DNA of 64,000 nt, taken from an uncultured Acidobacteriota bacterium. Lineage in GTDB: Bacteria; Acidobacteriota; UBA6911; RPQK01; JAPXNP01. Made by a program: the position numbers and the translations under genes. The DNA lies in NCBI GenBank assembly GCA_963777605.1, contig CAVZRV010000030.1:160001-224000 (forward strand), given 5' to 3'. Positions 36,816-47,350 of this stretch are shown here, piece by piece. The notes below the pieces were generated by a model. The model had not been told where the DNA came from, made no database searches, and saw only the letters and a list, made by a program, of their open reading frames with translations. Positions within the stretch are counted from its first letter, which is position 1. Each line of letters begins with the position of its first letter.

Positions 36816-37634
36816 ATGGCCGTATCTGTCCTGAGCTTCATTGTTGGTCTCGTCATCGGCAGTTTCATCAACGTTTGCATCTACCGCCTGCCCAAAGGGC
36901 TCTCGGTCATCTTCCCCAGGTCCCGGTGCCCTGGTTGTGAACGCCTGATCAGACCGTGGGAGAATATCCCGATCCTGAGCTACGCGCTCCAGCGGGGACG
37001 CTGCCGGGGATGTGGCCACCCCATCGGCTGGGTCTATCCGGCGGTCGAGTTGATAACGGCAGTCTGCTTTCTGCTGCTCTACCTGAAATTCGGTCTGACG
37101 GTGCCGCTGCTTGTTAACGCTTTCTTCATTACTCTGATCATAGCGCTGATTTTCATCGACCTTTTCGACCGGATCCTGCCCGACGTGATCACGCTCGGGG
37201 GCACCGCATGCGGTATTCTCCTGGCCCCGTTCCAGTCCTCGGAGTTTCTCGGCGGACCGGGTTCAATCTCGATTGGGGGGCCATACGTGAAAGCCTACCT
37301 CGCCGCATTGCTCGGTGTTCTACTTGGCGGTGGCTTCCTCTGGCTCGTGGCGATCCTTTACCTCAAGCTTCGGAGGATCGAGGGGATGGGGCTGGGGGAC
37401 GTCAAGATGATGGCGATGGTGGGAGCATTCCTGGGCTGGCAATTTGCCTGGCTCACCATCCTGGCGGGCTCCTTCCTGGGTGCCATCGTCGGAGGGCTTT
37501 ACATTTGGCTCCAAAGCCGTGGACGGCGCTACGAACTGCCCTTCGGGTCTTTCCTCGGACTTGCGGCGATTGCGATCACTCTTTCGGGGCCTGAACTGCT
37601 CAACTGGTACCTGGGGTTCTTTTTCGGCTCGTAG
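36816..37634 (+). CDS. pilD: Prepilin peptidase A24
   Basis: GSFINVCIYRLP, two CxxC pairs, ID...ILPD, MG.GD.K, PFG.FL. Confidence 0.93.
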   Translation: MAVSVLSFIVGLVIGSFINVCIYRLPKGLSVIFPRSRCPGCERLIRPWENIPILSYALQRGRCRGCGHPIGWVYPAVELITAVCFLLLYLKFGLTVPLLVNAFFITLIIALIFIDLFDRILPDVITLGGTACGILLAPFQSSEFLGGPGSISIGGPYVKAYLAALLGVLLGGGFLWLVAILYLKLRRIEGMGLGDVKMMAMVGAFLGWQFAWLTILAGSFLGAIVGGLYIWLQSRGRRYELPFGSFLGLAAIAITLSGPELLNWYLGFFFGS

Positions 37635-37698
37635 TTTTTCCTCCTCGAACGTTCTTTATAGATGAGAACGGCAATGGTGCCGGAAAGGAGGAAACGAG

Positions 37699-38016
37699 AT
37701 GTTGAGAATCACAGTTGCTTGTCTGGTTGGTGTTGTCCTTTTCATGGTGGGGGTGCCTCTCGCTCAGGATGCCCCACCGGTCAACGACAAAGCCAAGGTT
37801 GACCTGAACGTCGCGACCATCGAACAGCTCGACGAGTTGCCCGGGGTCGGGCCAACGACAGCCCGGCGCATCGTAGACTACCGGGATGAAAACGGGCCCT
37901 TCAAGAGAATTGAAGACTTGATGAACGTGAAGGGGATCGGTGAAAAGAAATTCCTGAAGCTCAAGGAGTTGATAGCCGTTCAGTCTGCTCCGGCTCCGAA
38001 ACCCGTCGAACAGTGA
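37699..38016 (+). CDS. comEA: ComEA family helix-hairpin-helix DNA-binding protein
   Basis: VDLN.AT..QL..LPGVG, IVDYR..NGPF, L..VKGIG. Confidence 0.88.
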   Translation: MLRITVACLVGVVLFMVGVPLAQDAPPVNDKAKVDLNVATIEQLDELPGVGPTTARRIVDYRDENGPFKRIEDLMNVKGIGEKKFLKLKELIAVQSAPAPKPVEQ

Positions 38017-38021
38017 CGCCG

Positions 38022-38066
38022 TGGGGGCCGTATCCGAGGGCCCGGAACGGTTCGGTGCGGCCCCCA
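38022..38066 (+). terminator. GC-rich hairpin after comEA
   Basis: tgggggccgtatc...gtgcggccccca inverted repeat; weak U-tail. Confidence 0.4.
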
Positions 38067-38290
38067 TTGTTCTGCTCGATCTCACCTTCTGATCTCCGTT
38101 CTGAACCGCCTGACTTCGAACTTCCCCTCAGTGGTAAGACCCCGCGAAATTCGGTAGAGTAAAGTACTTGATTCCGGCCAGAGGCAGTGGCGGATCCCGG
38201 GAGCCGGGGAGCCCGGGAGAGATTTCCGTTTTTCCACCAAACCTCGGATCAGCCGCTCACGTTGAGAAACTGGACGATAGGGGGAAGCGA

Positions 38291-39166
38291 ATGTTCGAAG
38301 GAGTCATTGCGCCGGTAACGACACCTTTCACCGAGCAGGGTGAACTGGATCTGGATGCATTCCGAAGAAACCTGACTCGGTATGCCGCCGGTCCGCTGAG
38401 CGGGTACCTGGTTGGGGGCACGACCGGTGAAGGACTTCACCTCACTCCGGATGAGAAGCTACTGCTGCTCCGGGAAGCGTCCAATCAAGTTCCTGATTCC
38501 AAACACCTCCTGGCTGGCTTGTCGGCCTCTTCGCTGGATGCGGGCCTCCGGCAGTTGGAGCAGTTCCAGCAACTCAGGTTGGATGGCATACTCATCAGTG
38601 TTCCGAACTACTACAAGTCGAGGATGACGGACGAAGCACTCGAGTTCTATTTCCGGACGCTCGCGGATCACTCGAGCGTTCCCCTCCTTCTCTACAACAT
38701 TCCCCAGTTGTCGGGCCTCGAACTCAGCCTCCCCCTGGTCGAACGCCTCTCGGCTCACCAGCGAATCATCGGGATGAAGGAGAGTTCCGGAAACTTGATC
38801 TACCTTCAGGGCGTCTTGAATAGAATAGGCGGACGGGAGTTCCAGGTCGTCAGCGGTTCCGCCGAGACGGCCGGACTGGCGCGTCCGCTCGGTATCGAGT
38901 GTGGAATTCTTGCGATTGGGTGTGTGCTTCCCGACATGACTTGCCAGTTGTTCGACGTGGTTTGCCGGGACCAATTTGCGGCGGCACAGGCAAGAATGTT
39001 CGACGCAGCGTCCGTCATTGTGAGGGGCCTGGGAGTCCCGGGAGTAAAGTTCGCAATGGATCTCTGCGGCCTGGACGGGCGATATTGCCGGCGGCCGTTG
39101 ATGCCCCTGACCGAATCAGAGAAAGTGCGAGTACGAACTACATTGGAGCGTGCCGGTTGTCTATGA
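38291..39166 (+). CDS. DHDPS/HOGA-like aldolase
   Basis: TPF, GTTGE, LYNIP, GMKES; stop overlaps the bshC start (ATGA). Confidence 0.85.
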   Translation: MFEGVIAPVTTPFTEQGELDLDAFRRNLTRYAAGPLSGYLVGGTTGEGLHLTPDEKLLLLREASNQVPDSKHLLAGLSASSLDAGLRQLEQFQQLRLDGILISVPNYYKSRMTDEALEFYFRTLADHSSVPLLLYNIPQLSGLELSLPLVERLSAHQRIIGMKESSGNLIYLQGVLNRIGGREFQVVSGSAETAGLARPLGIECGILAIGCVLPDMTCQLFDVVCRDQFAAAQARMFDAASVIVRGLGVPGVKFAMDLCGLDGRYCRRPLMPLTESEKVRVRTTLERAGCL

Positions 39167-40797
39167 AGTCCGACTGTATCGACTACCGGCATCTGCCGGG
39201 GCAGAATCCGCTCTTTTTGGCCTTTATGTATGATTTCGAGAGGGTTCAGTCGTACTACCGGCCACTGCCGACGTCCCGGGAGGAGTGGCTGGCCCGGGTG
39301 CAGAGGGTGCTCGATGCGCCGTCTTTCCCCCGGTCCGATTTGATCGAGCTCCTGGACGGTTTCAACCGTGAATTGAACGTGTCCGAGGAGAGTCTTCGCA
39401 ACCTTGAAATGCTCTCCCGCCCCGATTCAGTGGTCGTAGTGACCGGCCAGCAGGTTGGCCTGATGGGTGGGCCGAGTTTCGCCTTGTATAAGGCGGCCAC
39501 GGCAGTCCGCCTGGTTCGCCGCCTGCGGTCCTGGGGGATCCCCGCCGTACCGGTGTTCTGGCTCGCTTCGGACGACTCGGACTTTGATGAAGTTGCCTCC
39601 ACCGATTTTCTCTCGACCGGCGCTGGCGAAATTCTCAGCCTGACCCATCCCGATCCGCGAGGCCGGAAGGAGCAAATGGCGGGTACCGTCCCGCTCGGGG
39701 AGGACGCGCGCTGGTGGCAGGAGGCTCGCCGCCTGCTTGAAAACTCTCTGGTCGATCCCTCCTTGCGAGAAGGGCTCCTGTCGGCGTATGAGCCGGGACG
39801 GACCTTCCGGGAAGCCTTTGCGCGCTGGATGAGTCGGGTCTTTTCGACACAGGGACTGGTTTTCTTTGACCCTCTGCTGCCCGGTTATCGTGACGGCTTG
39901 ACAGGTTTTTTCAAGGTCGCAATCGAACGGCGCGAGGAGCTGGTGGCAGCCTTGATGGAGCGTAATGCGGAGCTTTTGGAAGCCGGTTTTTCTCCCCAGG
40001 TTCACGTAGAATCAACTGAGACGCTGCTTTTCTGGTTGAAAGGGAGGGAGCGTTACAAGCTGGATTTCCAGAACGATGCCTACCGCGCCAAAGGCTTGCC
40101 CCGACTGCACTTGACCGGAGATGAACTAGTGAAGGCGCTTTCCGACGGTAGTGGGTTGGTGGCTCCCAACGTTCTACTCCGACCAATCGTGCAGGATTTT
40201 TTATTTCCGACGGTGGTTGGCGTCACCGGACCGTCGGAGGTAGCCTATTTCAGCCAGGTGAATGCCATCGCTCCGTTTTGGGAAAAGGAGCTGCTGGTCA
40301 CTCCGAGGCTGGCCTTCTCGGTCGTCGGGCGAAAGAGTGGTCGACTTCTTGCGAAGTATGGATTGACTCCGGAGGCCCTGTTGACCAGTTCGCAGGAGGA
40401 GCTGATCGAGCAGGTTCTTCGGCAGGGAGAGACCAGGCGGGTTCTCGAGAGCGTAGATGGTCTTCGGTTCTGTCTGGAGGAGAAGTTGGTCGAGCTGAAA
40501 GAGAGCCTCGAGGAGATTGATGCCCCGGTGGCAGCCATGGTGGAAAAGGCGGCCGGGAAGATTCGTCACCAGGTAGAGAGGGTCAACCATCGATTCGTCC
40601 TGAACCGGCAGGAGTTGGACGGGTTGCTGAGGCGCCATCTCACCTACCTGAGGAACAACCTCCTGCCGTCGGGTCACCTCCAGGAAAGGGTGATCAATTT
40701 CAATTACTTTCTCAACGAGGGAGGACCCGACTTCCTGGAGGAGCTGATTCAGGCGGACGATCGGGAATGTCCGTCGCATCGGGTAGTGTACTTGTGA
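39163..40797 (+). CDS. bshC: Bacillithiol biosynthesis cysteine-adding enzyme
   Basis: VVTGQQ.GL.GGP...YK, PVFW.AS.D.DFDE, PNVLLRP..QD, GP.E.AY, LQER. Confidence 0.9.
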   Translation: MKSDCIDYRHLPGQNPLFLAFMYDFERVQSYYRPLPTSREEWLARVQRVLDAPSFPRSDLIELLDGFNRELNVSEESLRNLEMLSRPDSVVVVTGQQVGLMGGPSFALYKAATAVRLVRRLRSWGIPAVPVFWLASDDSDFDEVASTDFLSTGAGEILSLTHPDPRGRKEQMAGTVPLGEDARWWQEARRLLENSLVDPSLREGLLSAYEPGRTFREAFARWMSRVFSTQGLVFFDPLLPGYRDGLTGFFKVAIERREELVAALMERNAELLEAGFSPQVHVESTETLLFWLKGRERYKLDFQNDAYRAKGLPRLHLTGDELVKALSDGSGLVAPNVLLRPIVQDFLFPTVVGVTGPSEVAYFSQVNAIAPFWEKELLVTPRLAFSVVGRKSGRLLAKYGLTPEALLTSSQEELIEQVLRQGETRRVLESVDGLRFCLEEKLVELKESLEEIDAPVAAMVEKAAGKIRHQVERVNHRFVLNRQELDGLLRRHLTYLRNNLLPSGHLQERVINFNYFLNEGGPDFLEELIQADDRECPSHRVVYL

Positions 40798-40881
40798 CTC
40801 GGTGCCTCAAGGCTGGGTGAGGGATGTTTATGTTGGGTTTGATCGGTCGATTCGATGGGTGACAGCGGATGATGTGAAGTT

Positions 40882-42321
40882 ATGTTCGATCGCCACAACC
40901 GGTTGTATTCCCGAATTCTCCTCGCGCTCGACGTCATCGTCGTAGTGCCCTCGCTGCTGCTCGCCTACCACTTTCGGGGATGGTTGCTGGCCTGGTCGCC
41001 GGAGCAGTTGAGCCGGCACTTCAATCCAATCCTGCTTCCCTTCGAGGACTACCTGACCTACGTGCTGCTCCTGCTGCCGGTCTGGATCCTGGCCCTTGTG
41101 CTGAGTCAGCGCTACGACACCCTTCTGCGGCAGCCGCTCATCCGTCAGTTCAGGCGGGTGATGGGGTTCGTGGCGATCTCGGGAAGTCTCATGGGACTGC
41201 TGAGCTTCACACTGAAACTGGAAATCAGCCGTCCCGTCTTCTTCAGCTTCCTGGCCATAATGTTTGTCGTTCTCCCGGCGAACCGATTTCTTCTGTACTG
41301 GGTGCTGCGAAGCCGGAACTTGGGTGAGCACAACCAGATTCGCATCATGATCGTGGGGACCGATGAGACCGCCCGGCGTGTTGGGGAACTGCTCATGGAT
41401 GCCCGCAAGTGGGGATTCCACCTGGTGGGCTACATCCGGACCAACGGCCGGAGCGGAGCGATCCCCGAAGAGATGACGGTGGGACGAATCGAGGATCTTC
41501 CCGGGGTCCTGCAGCTCGAGGCCCCTGCGGACGAGCTCATTTTCAGCGGGCACTCGAAGAAGGACCTTGATGACTACGAGGACGTAATTCGACTGTGCGA
41601 AGACCTGGGCATTCGAACCCGGATTGCAGCCGACTTCCTGCCTCCCTCCGCCGCCGCGGTGAACCTGGAGTTTCTCGAGAACCTCCCGCTGATCACGTTT
41701 TCCTCGGCCCCTGAACACAGCTTGGGCATTGTGGTCAAGCGGGCACTCGATTTCTCGGTTGCGGTGCTCTGCCTGATCGTGTGCTCGCCGATGATGCTGC
41801 TGACCGCCCTTGCGATCAAGTTCCGTTCGCCGGGACCGGTTTTCTATCGCCAGATCCGCTGCGGTCTTCACGGACGACGGTTCGAGTTGGTCAAGTTCCG
41901 CACCATGATCGAGGGAGCGGAGGACCGCCTGTGGGAGATTCGTCACCTGAACGAGATGGACGGGCCGGTCTTCAAAATGCGGAACGACCCTCGGGTCACT
42001 CCGCTGGGAGCGTTCCTCCGTAAGTTCAGCATCGACGAACTGCCCCAATTGTGGAACGTGATCAAGGGCGAGATGAGCCTGGTTGGGCCGCGGGCTCCTC
42101 TGCTGGAGGAAGTTCAGGCGTATGCTATTCCTCAGAGGAGACGGCTGAGCGTCAAGCCGGGGATCACCTGCCTGTGGCAGGTTTCGGGTCGAAACGACGT
42201 CAATTTCGATCAGTGGATGGAGATGGATCTCCAGTACATCGATAATTGGTCCATCTGGCTGGATCTGCGAATCATGCTGCGCACGATCCCGGCTGTTTTC
42301 AGCGGAAGGGGAGCGCGTTAG
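40882..42321 (+). CDS. Polyprenyl glycosylphosphotransferase (WcaJ/CpsE-like)
   Basis: N-terminal TM segments; [43 protein letters not shown]. Confidence 0.92.
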   Translation: MFDRHNRLYSRILLALDVIVVVPSLLLAYHFRGWLLAWSPEQLSRHFNPILLPFEDYLTYVLLLLPVWILALVLSQRYDTLLRQPLIRQFRRVMGFVAISGSLMGLLSFTLKLEISRPVFFSFLAIMFVVLPANRFLLYWVLRSRNLGEHNQIRIMIVGTDETARRVGELLMDARKWGFHLVGYIRTNGRSGAIPEEMTVGRIEDLPGVLQLEAPADELIFSGHSKKDLDDYEDVIRLCEDLGIRTRIAADFLPPSAAAVNLEFLENLPLITFSSAPEHSLGIVVKRALDFSVAVLCLIVCSPMMLLTALAIKFRSPGPVFYRQIRCGLHGRRFELVKFRTMIEGAEDRLWEIRHLNEMDGPVFKMRNDPRVTPLGAFLRKFSIDELPQLWNVIKGEMSLVGPRAPLLEEVQAYAIPQRRRLSVKPGITCLWQVSGRNDVNFDQWMEMDLQYIDNWSIWLDLRIMLRTIPAVFSGRGAR

Positions 42322-42340
42322 CGCCGCGCCGTAGAGGATC

Positions 42341-43093
42341 ATGAGTTCGTCTGACCTGACTCTCGATGTGCTGGCTTTCGGAGCCCATCCTGACGATATT
42401 GAGCTGACCTGTGCCGGAACGGTCATCAAGCTGGCCCGTGCCGACTATCGGGTGGGAGCCGTCGCGCTGACGGCGGGTGAACTGGGCTCCCGGGGCAGCT
42501 TCGAGACACGGCGGGAGGAGTTCGACGAGTCCGCCCGGGTCATGGGAGTCTGCTTCCACGACGTGGTAGGCCTTCCCGACGGAAACATCCGTCCCGATCC
42601 TGAACAGAAGACCAGGGTAATCCGGGTAATCCGCGAACTGAGGCCGCGGATCGTCCTGGCCCCCTACTGGGAGGACCGGCACCCGGATCATGCCAATGCC
42701 GGACAGTTAATCAGCGAGGCCGCGTTTCTGGCGGGACTGAAGAAGATCGACACCGATCAGCAGGAGCATCGGCCGATTCGAGTTCTTTTTTACGCCTCCC
42801 GATACGAGTTCGCGCCGTCGTTCGTGGTTGATGTTTCGGATACCCATGAAGCCAAGCTCCGGGCGATTCGGGCCTATCGGTCCCAGTTCCACCATGACGC
42901 GATGGGCGAATTCGGCGAAGTAAAGACCAACATCAGCCATCCCGGCTTCCTGGAAGCGGTCGTGGCGAGAGCGCGGCAATACGGTTCGTACATCGGGACC
43001 GAGTTCGGGGAACCCTTCCTGGTTCGAGAACCGCTCCGGGTGGACGACCCGGTAGCCTTTTTTGGGCCAGCGTACACGAAAAGTTTCGTCTGA
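42341..43093 (+). CDS. bshB1: Bacillithiol biosynthesis deacetylase
   Basis: AHPDD.E, LT.GE.GSRG, DRHPDH, Y.SQF; next to bshA. Confidence 0.9.
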   Translation: MSSSDLTLDVLAFGAHPDDIELTCAGTVIKLARADYRVGAVALTAGELGSRGSFETRREEFDESARVMGVCFHDVVGLPDGNIRPDPEQKTRVIRVIRELRPRIVLAPYWEDRHPDHANAGQLISEAAFLAGLKKIDTDQQEHRPIRVLFYASRYEFAPSFVVDVSDTHEAKLRAIRAYRSQFHHDAMGEFGEVKTNISHPGFLEAVVARARQYGSYIGTEFGEPFLVREPLRVDDPVAFFGPAYTKSFV

Positions 43094-43109
43094 AAGTGGA
43101 GAAGATAAC

Positions 43110-44234
43110 GTGAAAATTGGTATCGCCTGCTATCCAACCCACGGGGGAAGTGGCGTCGTTGCATCGGAACTGGCAAAGGGCCTGGCGGAGAGAGGGCACG
43201 AGGTTCACATCGTCAGTTACGCCACCCCGTTTCGCCTGGGATCCTACCACGAGAACATCTACATTCACGAAGTTGAGGTTGCGTCCTATCCGTTGTTCAA
43301 ATACCCGCCCTATGCGCTGTCGCTGGCGACCAAGCTGGTGGACGTCGCGTTGGAGTACAAGCTCGACCTGATTCATTCACACTACGCGGTGCCTCACGCA
43401 GCCAGCGCCTACCTGGCTCAAAAGATCCTTGGCGAGCAGCAGCTCAAGACCGTGACAACGCTCCACGGAACCGACATTACCCTGGTCGGACTGGACAGTT
43501 CGTTTCATCGGGTGATTCAGTTTGCGATCGAGCAGTCGGATGGAGTCACGGCCGTCTCCGAGTACCTGAAGCGCCGCACTCTCGAGGCTTTCGAGCTGAA
43601 AAAAGAGATCAAGGTGATCTACAATTTTGTGGATACCGACCGTTACAGGCCCGACGCCGAGCGCTGCTTCAGGGGGCACTTTGCGCCCAATGGGGAAAAG
43701 ATCCTGATGCACGCATCCAATTTCCGTCCGGTCAAGCGGGTCGGCGATACCGTTCGCTTGCTGGCCCGACTTCGGGATCGAATTCCAGCCAAGTTGCTGC
43801 TGGTTGGAGAAGGTCCCGAGCGGCTCTTTGTTCAGCAACTGGTCAAGGAGTTGGGGTTGACGAAGGATGTGATATTCCTGGGTCAGCAGGACTATCTCGA
43901 GCAGTTGATGGCCTGTGCCGACCTGCTCCTTTTGCCCAGCGAGCAGGAGAGTTTCGGACTGGTCGCCCTGGAAGCACATGCTTGCGGGGTGCCGGTTATC
44001 GGTTCTCTCACCGGAGGATTGCCGGAAGTTGTTAAGGACGGGGAGACGGGGTACCTGGTCCCGGTAGGTGAGATCGGCCTGATGTGCGAGCGGGCCGTCG
44101 AGTTGCTGTCTGACGAGTCAAAGCTGAACGCGTTTCGGATCCGGGCACGGGCGCTTGCGCTGGAGCACTTCAAGCGAGAGTCGATCATTCCCCAGTACGA
44201 GGAGTTCTACCAGCAGGTGATGGCGGGGGAATAG
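43110..44234 (+). CDS. bshA: N-acetyl-alpha-D-glucosaminyl L-malate synthase
   Basis: KIGI.CYPT.GGSGVVA.EL, YPPY, H.HYA.PHA, TTLHGTD, SNFRPVKR, ESFGL.ALEA. Confidence 0.95.
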   Translation: MKIGIACYPTHGGSGVVASELAKGLAERGHEVHIVSYATPFRLGSYHENIYIHEVEVASYPLFKYPPYALSLATKLVDVALEYKLDLIHSHYAVPHAASAYLAQKILGEQQLKTVTTLHGTDITLVGLDSSFHRVIQFAIEQSDGVTAVSEYLKRRTLEAFELKKEIKVIYNFVDTDRYRPDAERCFRGHFAPNGEKILMHASNFRPVKRVGDTVRLLARLRDRIPAKLLLVGEGPERLFVQQLVKELGLTKDVIFLGQQDYLEQLMACADLLLLPSEQESFGLVALEAHACGVPVIGSLTGGLPEVVKDGETGYLVPVGEIGLMCERAVELLSDESKLNAFRIRARALALEHFKRESIIPQYEEFYQQVMAGE

Positions 44235-44236
44235 GC

Positions 44237-44263
44237 GGTCGGACGGCTCCGGCTCGTCCGACC
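44237..44263. terminator. Hairpin between convergent genes
   Basis: Perfect 9-bp stem ggtcggacg/cgtccgacc. Confidence 0.45.
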
Positions 44264-44299
44264 TTCTGACCTGTGTGAGTTACCTGGGAAACACCGCTT

Positions 44300-45310
44300 C
44301 TATACCCGGTGGGCGAGGATGAGAAGCGTTTTCTCGGTGACCGCAACCGGGGCGGCCGGATCCAGGTCTGCGCTTCGGCACCAGTCGGAAGCCTCCTCAA
44401 CGGTGTAGCAGTCCCCGCCTTCCGTCCCGACCAGCATGTTCGCAGCGAACAGGAGACTCCACAGGGGCCCGCTCTTGCCGTCGCGTCCCCCGGCATCGAG
44501 AAAGAAATCCTTCAGGATCAGCATTCCCCCGGGGCGGAGTGCCCGGGCGCTCTTTGCGACCAGTGCCCGGTTGCGTTCCGGGGAATAGATATGCAGCACG
44601 TTGGATATGAAGGCAAAGTCATAGGGGCCGCCGAATTCACTCTCGAAGGCGTCGCCCGGAACTGTCGAAATGCGATCTTCGAGGCCCGCCTCGCGAATAT
44701 TCGCTTTTGCCACTTCGAGCGTTTCAGCGTCGTCAAGAATCGTGACCGAGAGAGCAGGATTACGGCGGGCAAACTCGATCGCGAAGGCACCGGGTCCACC
44801 GCCGATGTCGAGGAGTCGGTTCCCTGCGCTGAGGTCGAGCTTTTCGGCGACCAGGTTGGACGACTGTCTTGCCGAGTCTGCCATGGCCCGGGCAAAGGCC
44901 TCTTTTCCCGCGGTGATTCGTTGGTCTATTCGTTCATCGGGGACGGGCTTTCCGGTTCGCACCGAGTCGATCAGGCCCGACCAGCGTTCGTAGAGGCGGG
45001 CACCGTGGTGCATTTGCGCAAATTTCGAACGGGTGCCGTTCGGGCGGAGGCAGTCCAGGGCAACCTGGGTGTTTCGGTAGCAGATCCCGTTGCGTTCGAG
45101 AATCCCGAGGCCGACCAGCGCGTCGAGCAGGATTCTGGTTCCCCGGTGATCCAGAGCGAGCCGCTCGGCAACCGTTTGGGAGTCAAGTGCCTCCGTGCCC
45201 ATCGTGGAAAAGAGGTCGAGGCGGGCGGCTGTAAAGAGAATCTGGGCGGCCCGGTAGCCGCCGGCGATTTCGTCGATAGTACTGTCCGTGATGGGGAGCC
45301 GTTCATTCAT
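44300..45310 (-). CDS. SAM-dependent methyltransferase (Methyltransf_2 with dimerisation domain)
   Basis: A..LDLF, LLDALV, LLDIGGGPG, GDAF, SNVLH, L.PGG. Confidence 0.9.
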   Translation of the reverse strand: MNERLPITDSTIDEIAGGYRAAQILFTAARLDLFSTMGTEALDSQTVAERLALDHRGTRILLDALVGLGILERNGICYRNTQVALDCLRPNGTRSKFAQMHHGARLYERWSGLIDSVRTGKPVPDERIDQRITAGKEAFARAMADSARQSSNLVAEKLDLSAGNRLLDIGGGPGAFAIEFARRNPALSVTILDDAETLEVAKANIREAGLEDRISTVPGDAFESEFGGPYDFAFISNVLHIYSPERNRALVAKSARALRPGGMLILKDFFLDAGGRDGKSGPLWSLLFAANMLVGTEGGDCYTVEEASDWCRSADLDPAAPVAVTEKTLLILAHRV

Positions 45311-45467
45311 ACTCTGATGTCCTTGCTGATGATCGATTAAGGTTCCGTTCAATTATAGCGGGCAGGCGGATAGGGAGCCGGAGTCTGCGGGAGAGGGCTC
45401 CGGGGCCTCCCTCTCTTGGTCAGTGCAATTTGCCGTTTTGTCGACCGATATTTGTATTCTTACGACA

Positions 45468-46274
45468 GTGACAATCGGCCTGCGCTACTTGGAGGGATGC
45501 GAAGAGATCCTGGTCCGAATCCGGGAACAGCTGCCGCTCATCGAAGAAGCGGCCCAGTGGTTTTCTGAAACCATCAGAGGCGGAAGGGTGGTGCACCTGT
45601 TCGGTTCCGGCCACAGCCGAATCATGGTTGAGGAGATGTGGCCCCGCTACGGATCATTTCCCGGGTTCAACCCGATCGTTGAACTCTCTCTGAGCTATCA
45701 CAACCCGGTTGTCGGCGCCAACGGACAGCGGCAGGCGATGTTTTTGGAGAATACAGCTGGCCTGGCGGAGCGAATTCTGAGAAACTTCGTGATCGATGAA
45801 GGGGATTCCGCTCTGGTGATTTCCTCAAGTGGCTGCAACGTTGTCCCAGTCGAAATGGCAAAGGGTTTTCACGATCGCGGTCTGCGGGTCGTCGCGATGG
45901 TCAGCCGTCGCCATTCGGAAGCAAGTAGGAGCAGCCACCCGAACGGTTGGAAGGTGCAGGATTTTTCCGATCTGGTGCTGGATACCGGGGCTCCTGTCGG
46001 AGACGCCATGGTTTGCCCCGAAGGATCGGAGTTGGCGGTTTCTCCCGGATCGACGATCGGAGGCTGTCTTCTCGTCAACGCGCTGAAAGCCGAAATTGCC
46101 CAGCGCCTCGTCCGGGCTGGACGCCCCCCGCTGGTGCTTTCCGCGTCTGCAGTTGTTGGCAAGGTAAAATCCGAACAACTATTCGAGGCCGCATACGACG
46201 AGCATGCGCGTCTTTTGTCTAAGCTATTCGATCAACCTCCAGCGGGTGATCAGGGGAGGGAATCGGGAGAGTAG
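45468..46274 (+). CDS. SIS domain-containing protein
   Basis: FGSGHS, ISSSG.N..P.E, DTG...GDA, S..ST; start uncertain (45423 or 45468). Confidence 0.85.
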   Translation: MTIGLRYLEGCEEILVRIREQLPLIEEAAQWFSETIRGGRVVHLFGSGHSRIMVEEMWPRYGSFPGFNPIVELSLSYHNPVVGANGQRQAMFLENTAGLAERILRNFVIDEGDSALVISSSGCNVVPVEMAKGFHDRGLRVVAMVSRRHSEASRSSHPNGWKVQDFSDLVLDTGAPVGDAMVCPEGSELAVSPGSTIGGCLLVNALKAEIAQRLVRAGRPPLVLSASAVVGKVKSEQLFEAAYDEHARLLSKLFDQPPAGDQGRESGE

Positions 46275-46318
46275 GCTTTGGGACCGACCGCGCCTGCTGC
46301 AGGCGCAGATCCAGGGAA

Positions 46319-47350
46319 ATGATGAAAGAGACTCCGCTTAGAACGACGGTCGTAGGCAGTTATCCGTTCCCCGGGTGGCTGGAATTTGCCATGAGCCGGG
46401 CTGATGCTTTTGGCCTGCTGGATCGCCGGGAGTTAATCGATGACGCGGTCACGGTTGCGATCTGCGACCAGGTCTCCGCCGGCCTCGATGTCATCACCGA
46501 CGGGGAACAGGCCCGGATCGATTTCAATCTCTCGTTTTATGCTTTTCTCGAGGGAATTGATCGTGAATCGGAACCGCTGCGCCGCTTTGGCCCTCCCGGC
46601 CACGATCAGCGTGGCAAGCACCGGGTCGTGGGGCAGCTTGCCGCACCTCGGGGCCTGGGGACGGTTGAGGAATTTGAACGCCTGAAGCGGCTGGCCCCCT
46701 CGGGTCCCGTCCTCAAGGCGAGCGTCCCGGGCCCTTACACGCTGAGCGGCCGCCTGGAGCCAAGCAAGGCCTACCCGGACCGGTATGCACTGACCGAGGC
46801 CCTGATTCCAATTGTCCGGAGTGAACTCGAAGCGCTGGTGCGATCCGGGTGCGGAGAGATTTGCGTTGACGAGCCGTCGATGAGCTGTTACGCCCATCGG
46901 GAAGATCCCGCGCGCTTCGTAGACATTTTCAACCGTACCGTCGAAGCGGTGAAAGGGCGATGCAGGCTCTCGACTCACCTGTGCTTTGGAAATTACAAGG
47001 GGCGGGCGGTGGCACCCCGAAGTTATCAACCACTGTTCCCGGCTTTTCTCGATCTTGATGTAGACGAAATCCATGTCGAAATGGCGAGCCGGGAGTTTTC
47101 AGAGATTGAAGTCATTGGCGAGATTGCGCCCAAGCGTGATGTTGCCGTCGGTGTCGTCGATGTGAAGAGCTACTACATCGAGCCGGTGGATGAGATCGTG
47201 GCTCGAGTCCACCGGTGCCTCGAACTGGTTTCGCCGGACCGGCTTTCGCTTGCTCCAGACTGCGGCTTGAGCCAGACGGCGAGATGGGCATCCAGAAGAA
47301 AACTTGAAAACCTGGTGAAAGGGGTTCTTGAGGTAAGGAAACGGTTATGA
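46319..47350 (+). CDS. Cobalamin-independent methionine synthase-like (C-terminal Zn domain only)
   Basis: TTVVGSYP.P, TDGE, DEP, HLC, HVE, GVVDVK, PDCGL. Confidence 0.88.
   Translation: MMKETPLRTTVVGSYPFPGWLEFAMSRADAFGLLDRRELIDDAVTVAICDQVSAGLDVITDGEQARIDFNLSFYAFLEGIDRESEPLRRFGPPGHDQRGKHRVVGQLAAPRGLGTVEEFERLKRLAPSGPVLKASVPGPYTLSGRLEPSKAYPDRYALTEALIPIVRSELEALVRSGCGEICVDEPSMSCYAHREDPARFVDIFNRTVEAVKGRCRLSTHLCFGNYKGRAVAPRSYQPLFPAFLDLDVDEIHVEMASREFSEIEVIGEIAPKRDVAVGVVDVKSYYIEPVDEIVARVHRCLELVSPDRLSLAPDCGLSQTARWASRRKLENLVKGVLEVRKRL

Noticed and set aside
40828-42429. 533-aa antisense ORF
   Set aside because: Shadow of the sugar transferase.
44309-45340. 343-aa + strand ORF
   Set aside because: Shadow of the methyltransferase, which has clear motifs.
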